Of a stretch of 64,000 bases of DNA, positions 62,848 to 64,000 are shown in pieces. This DNA comes from Okamejei kenojei (lineage: Eukaryota), in assembly GCA_035221665.1 (NCBI GenBank), contig CM069137.1:25420001-25484000 (forward strand). The letters run 5' to 3'. The first letter of the stretch is position 1. Every line of letters begins with the position of its first letter. A program made the translations under genes and the position numbers. The notes beneath the pieces are model-generated. The model did no database searches, was not told where the DNA came from, and saw only the letters and a list, made by a program, of their open reading frames with translations.

Positions 62848-64000
62848 TGCGCCTGTCCCACTTAGGTGATTTTTCAGCAGATTGCCGGCGACTGTCAAGT
62901 TGCTGGCAGTCGCTTGAAAAACCAGCAACAGGAACAGCGACTGTCAGAGTGGAATACACACACACACAAACACATCGCTTCCTTCACCAGCCTGTTATGC
63001 AGGCGGGGGACAGGGCAAGCGGGGGGTGTGCTGTCTAAAAAATTAATGCGGTGCAAAGCCAAGGTGAAACAGACAGGTGAACAGGAAGGTTGGCGTGGTA
63101 AAAAGACGGCTAAAGCACAGTGTACGATAAGTCCTTTAAAAGAGGGAGGGAGAAGGGGGGGAGCAAGGGGATAAGCGGGGAGAAGGAGTGGTGACAACTT
63201 TTAAGAAGCGAGAGATACACGGCTGTGAAGCTCGGCGGACATTCAACATTACAGTCAGTTATCCTTGGTTCTGAAAACTACTGCTTAAGGGCCTGTTCCA
63301 CTTAGGCGACCTAATCTGCGAGTCCAGAAGAGTGCCTTCGACCTTCAAGCTCGAGGGCACTCGCCTGGAAAGCCTGTTGAAACCACGAGCTGGATTGACC
63401 GAACCATGAGCTGCATCTACAGACCGCACACACAAACACATTGCGAAGGTGGGGGCCATGGAGTGCGGAGTAGCGCTGTCTGCACGATGAAGATGAAGGT
63501 AAACGGCTGCCACAGAGTACGGTAAGTCCTTTAGAGTGCGCGGGGGGGGGGGGGGTTGGGGAGAGAAGCGGAGAGAAGGGGAGAGAAGGGGTAGAGAAGG
63601 GGGAGAGAAGGGGGAAGAAGGGGAGAGAAGGAGAGGAGAAGGGGAGAGAAGGGGGAGGGAGAAGGAGTGGAAACAGTTTTAAGAAGTATAATAAAGGTAG
63701 CGGACATTTTACCTACTGGTGGGTCTTCTAGGTCGTGAAACTCCAATGAGCCAATCAAAATGGCCGGTCAGCAAAGGAGATTGCCTACGGCTGCCTGCAA
63801 GTAAATAGCGACCCCACTCCACTGCCCTTCGACCTCCTTTGACCATCTACAACTAGCATAACAACCAGCTACGACTAGACCTGCGACTAAAAATTTGTCG
63901 ATTTTTCAAACGGCGACCTATTTTTAGTCGAGGCTGATTTTAAGCATGATGAAAAAAAAGCAGCAACCTAGATGAAGCCTCGACCATGCGGAAACCACTT
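62848..64000 (+). mobile_element. Nested Harbinger-type MITEs running off the window end
   Basis: TTA+tgcgcctgtcccactta at 62848 and TTA+agggcctgttccactta at 63288; 63850-64000 resembles the right arm of the 3228-3798 element. Confidence 0.75.
63541..63670 (+). repeat. Polypurine (GGGGAGAGAA-like) low-complexity tract
   Basis: G-run followed by repeated ggggagagaa units. Confidence 0.9.

Overview
Eukaryotic, AT-rich, repeat-dense vertebrate DNA. The repeat set (HE1-type V-SINEs, esterase-ORF1 CR1 LINEs, Penelope pLTRs) points to a cartilaginous fish, probably a skate or ray; this is inference. The only host coding sequence I can support is one 99-bp minus-strand RhoGAP exon (39485-39583, most like ARHGAP15), so the window is probably almost entirely intron. 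The rest is mobile DNA: many CR1 copies (one near full length), a Rex1/Babar fragment, V-SINEs, PIF/Harbinger-type MITEs with TWA target duplications, Penelope-like fragments carrying minimal hammerhead ribozyme motifs, and a decayed but structurally complete DIRS1 tyrosine-recombinase retrotransposon (52114-56863). The top finding is a 141-bp TSD-flanked retroposon (30499-30639, minus). Its first nucleotide is G1 of a compact CPEB3/HDV-like ribozyme fold, followed by a hairpin and a (GAA)n tail, i.e. a ribozyme-headed SINE-like element. Also notable are several recombination-junction-like sites at the DIRS ends. Boundaries of decayed repeats are approximate, and family names come from recalled motifs, not database searches.
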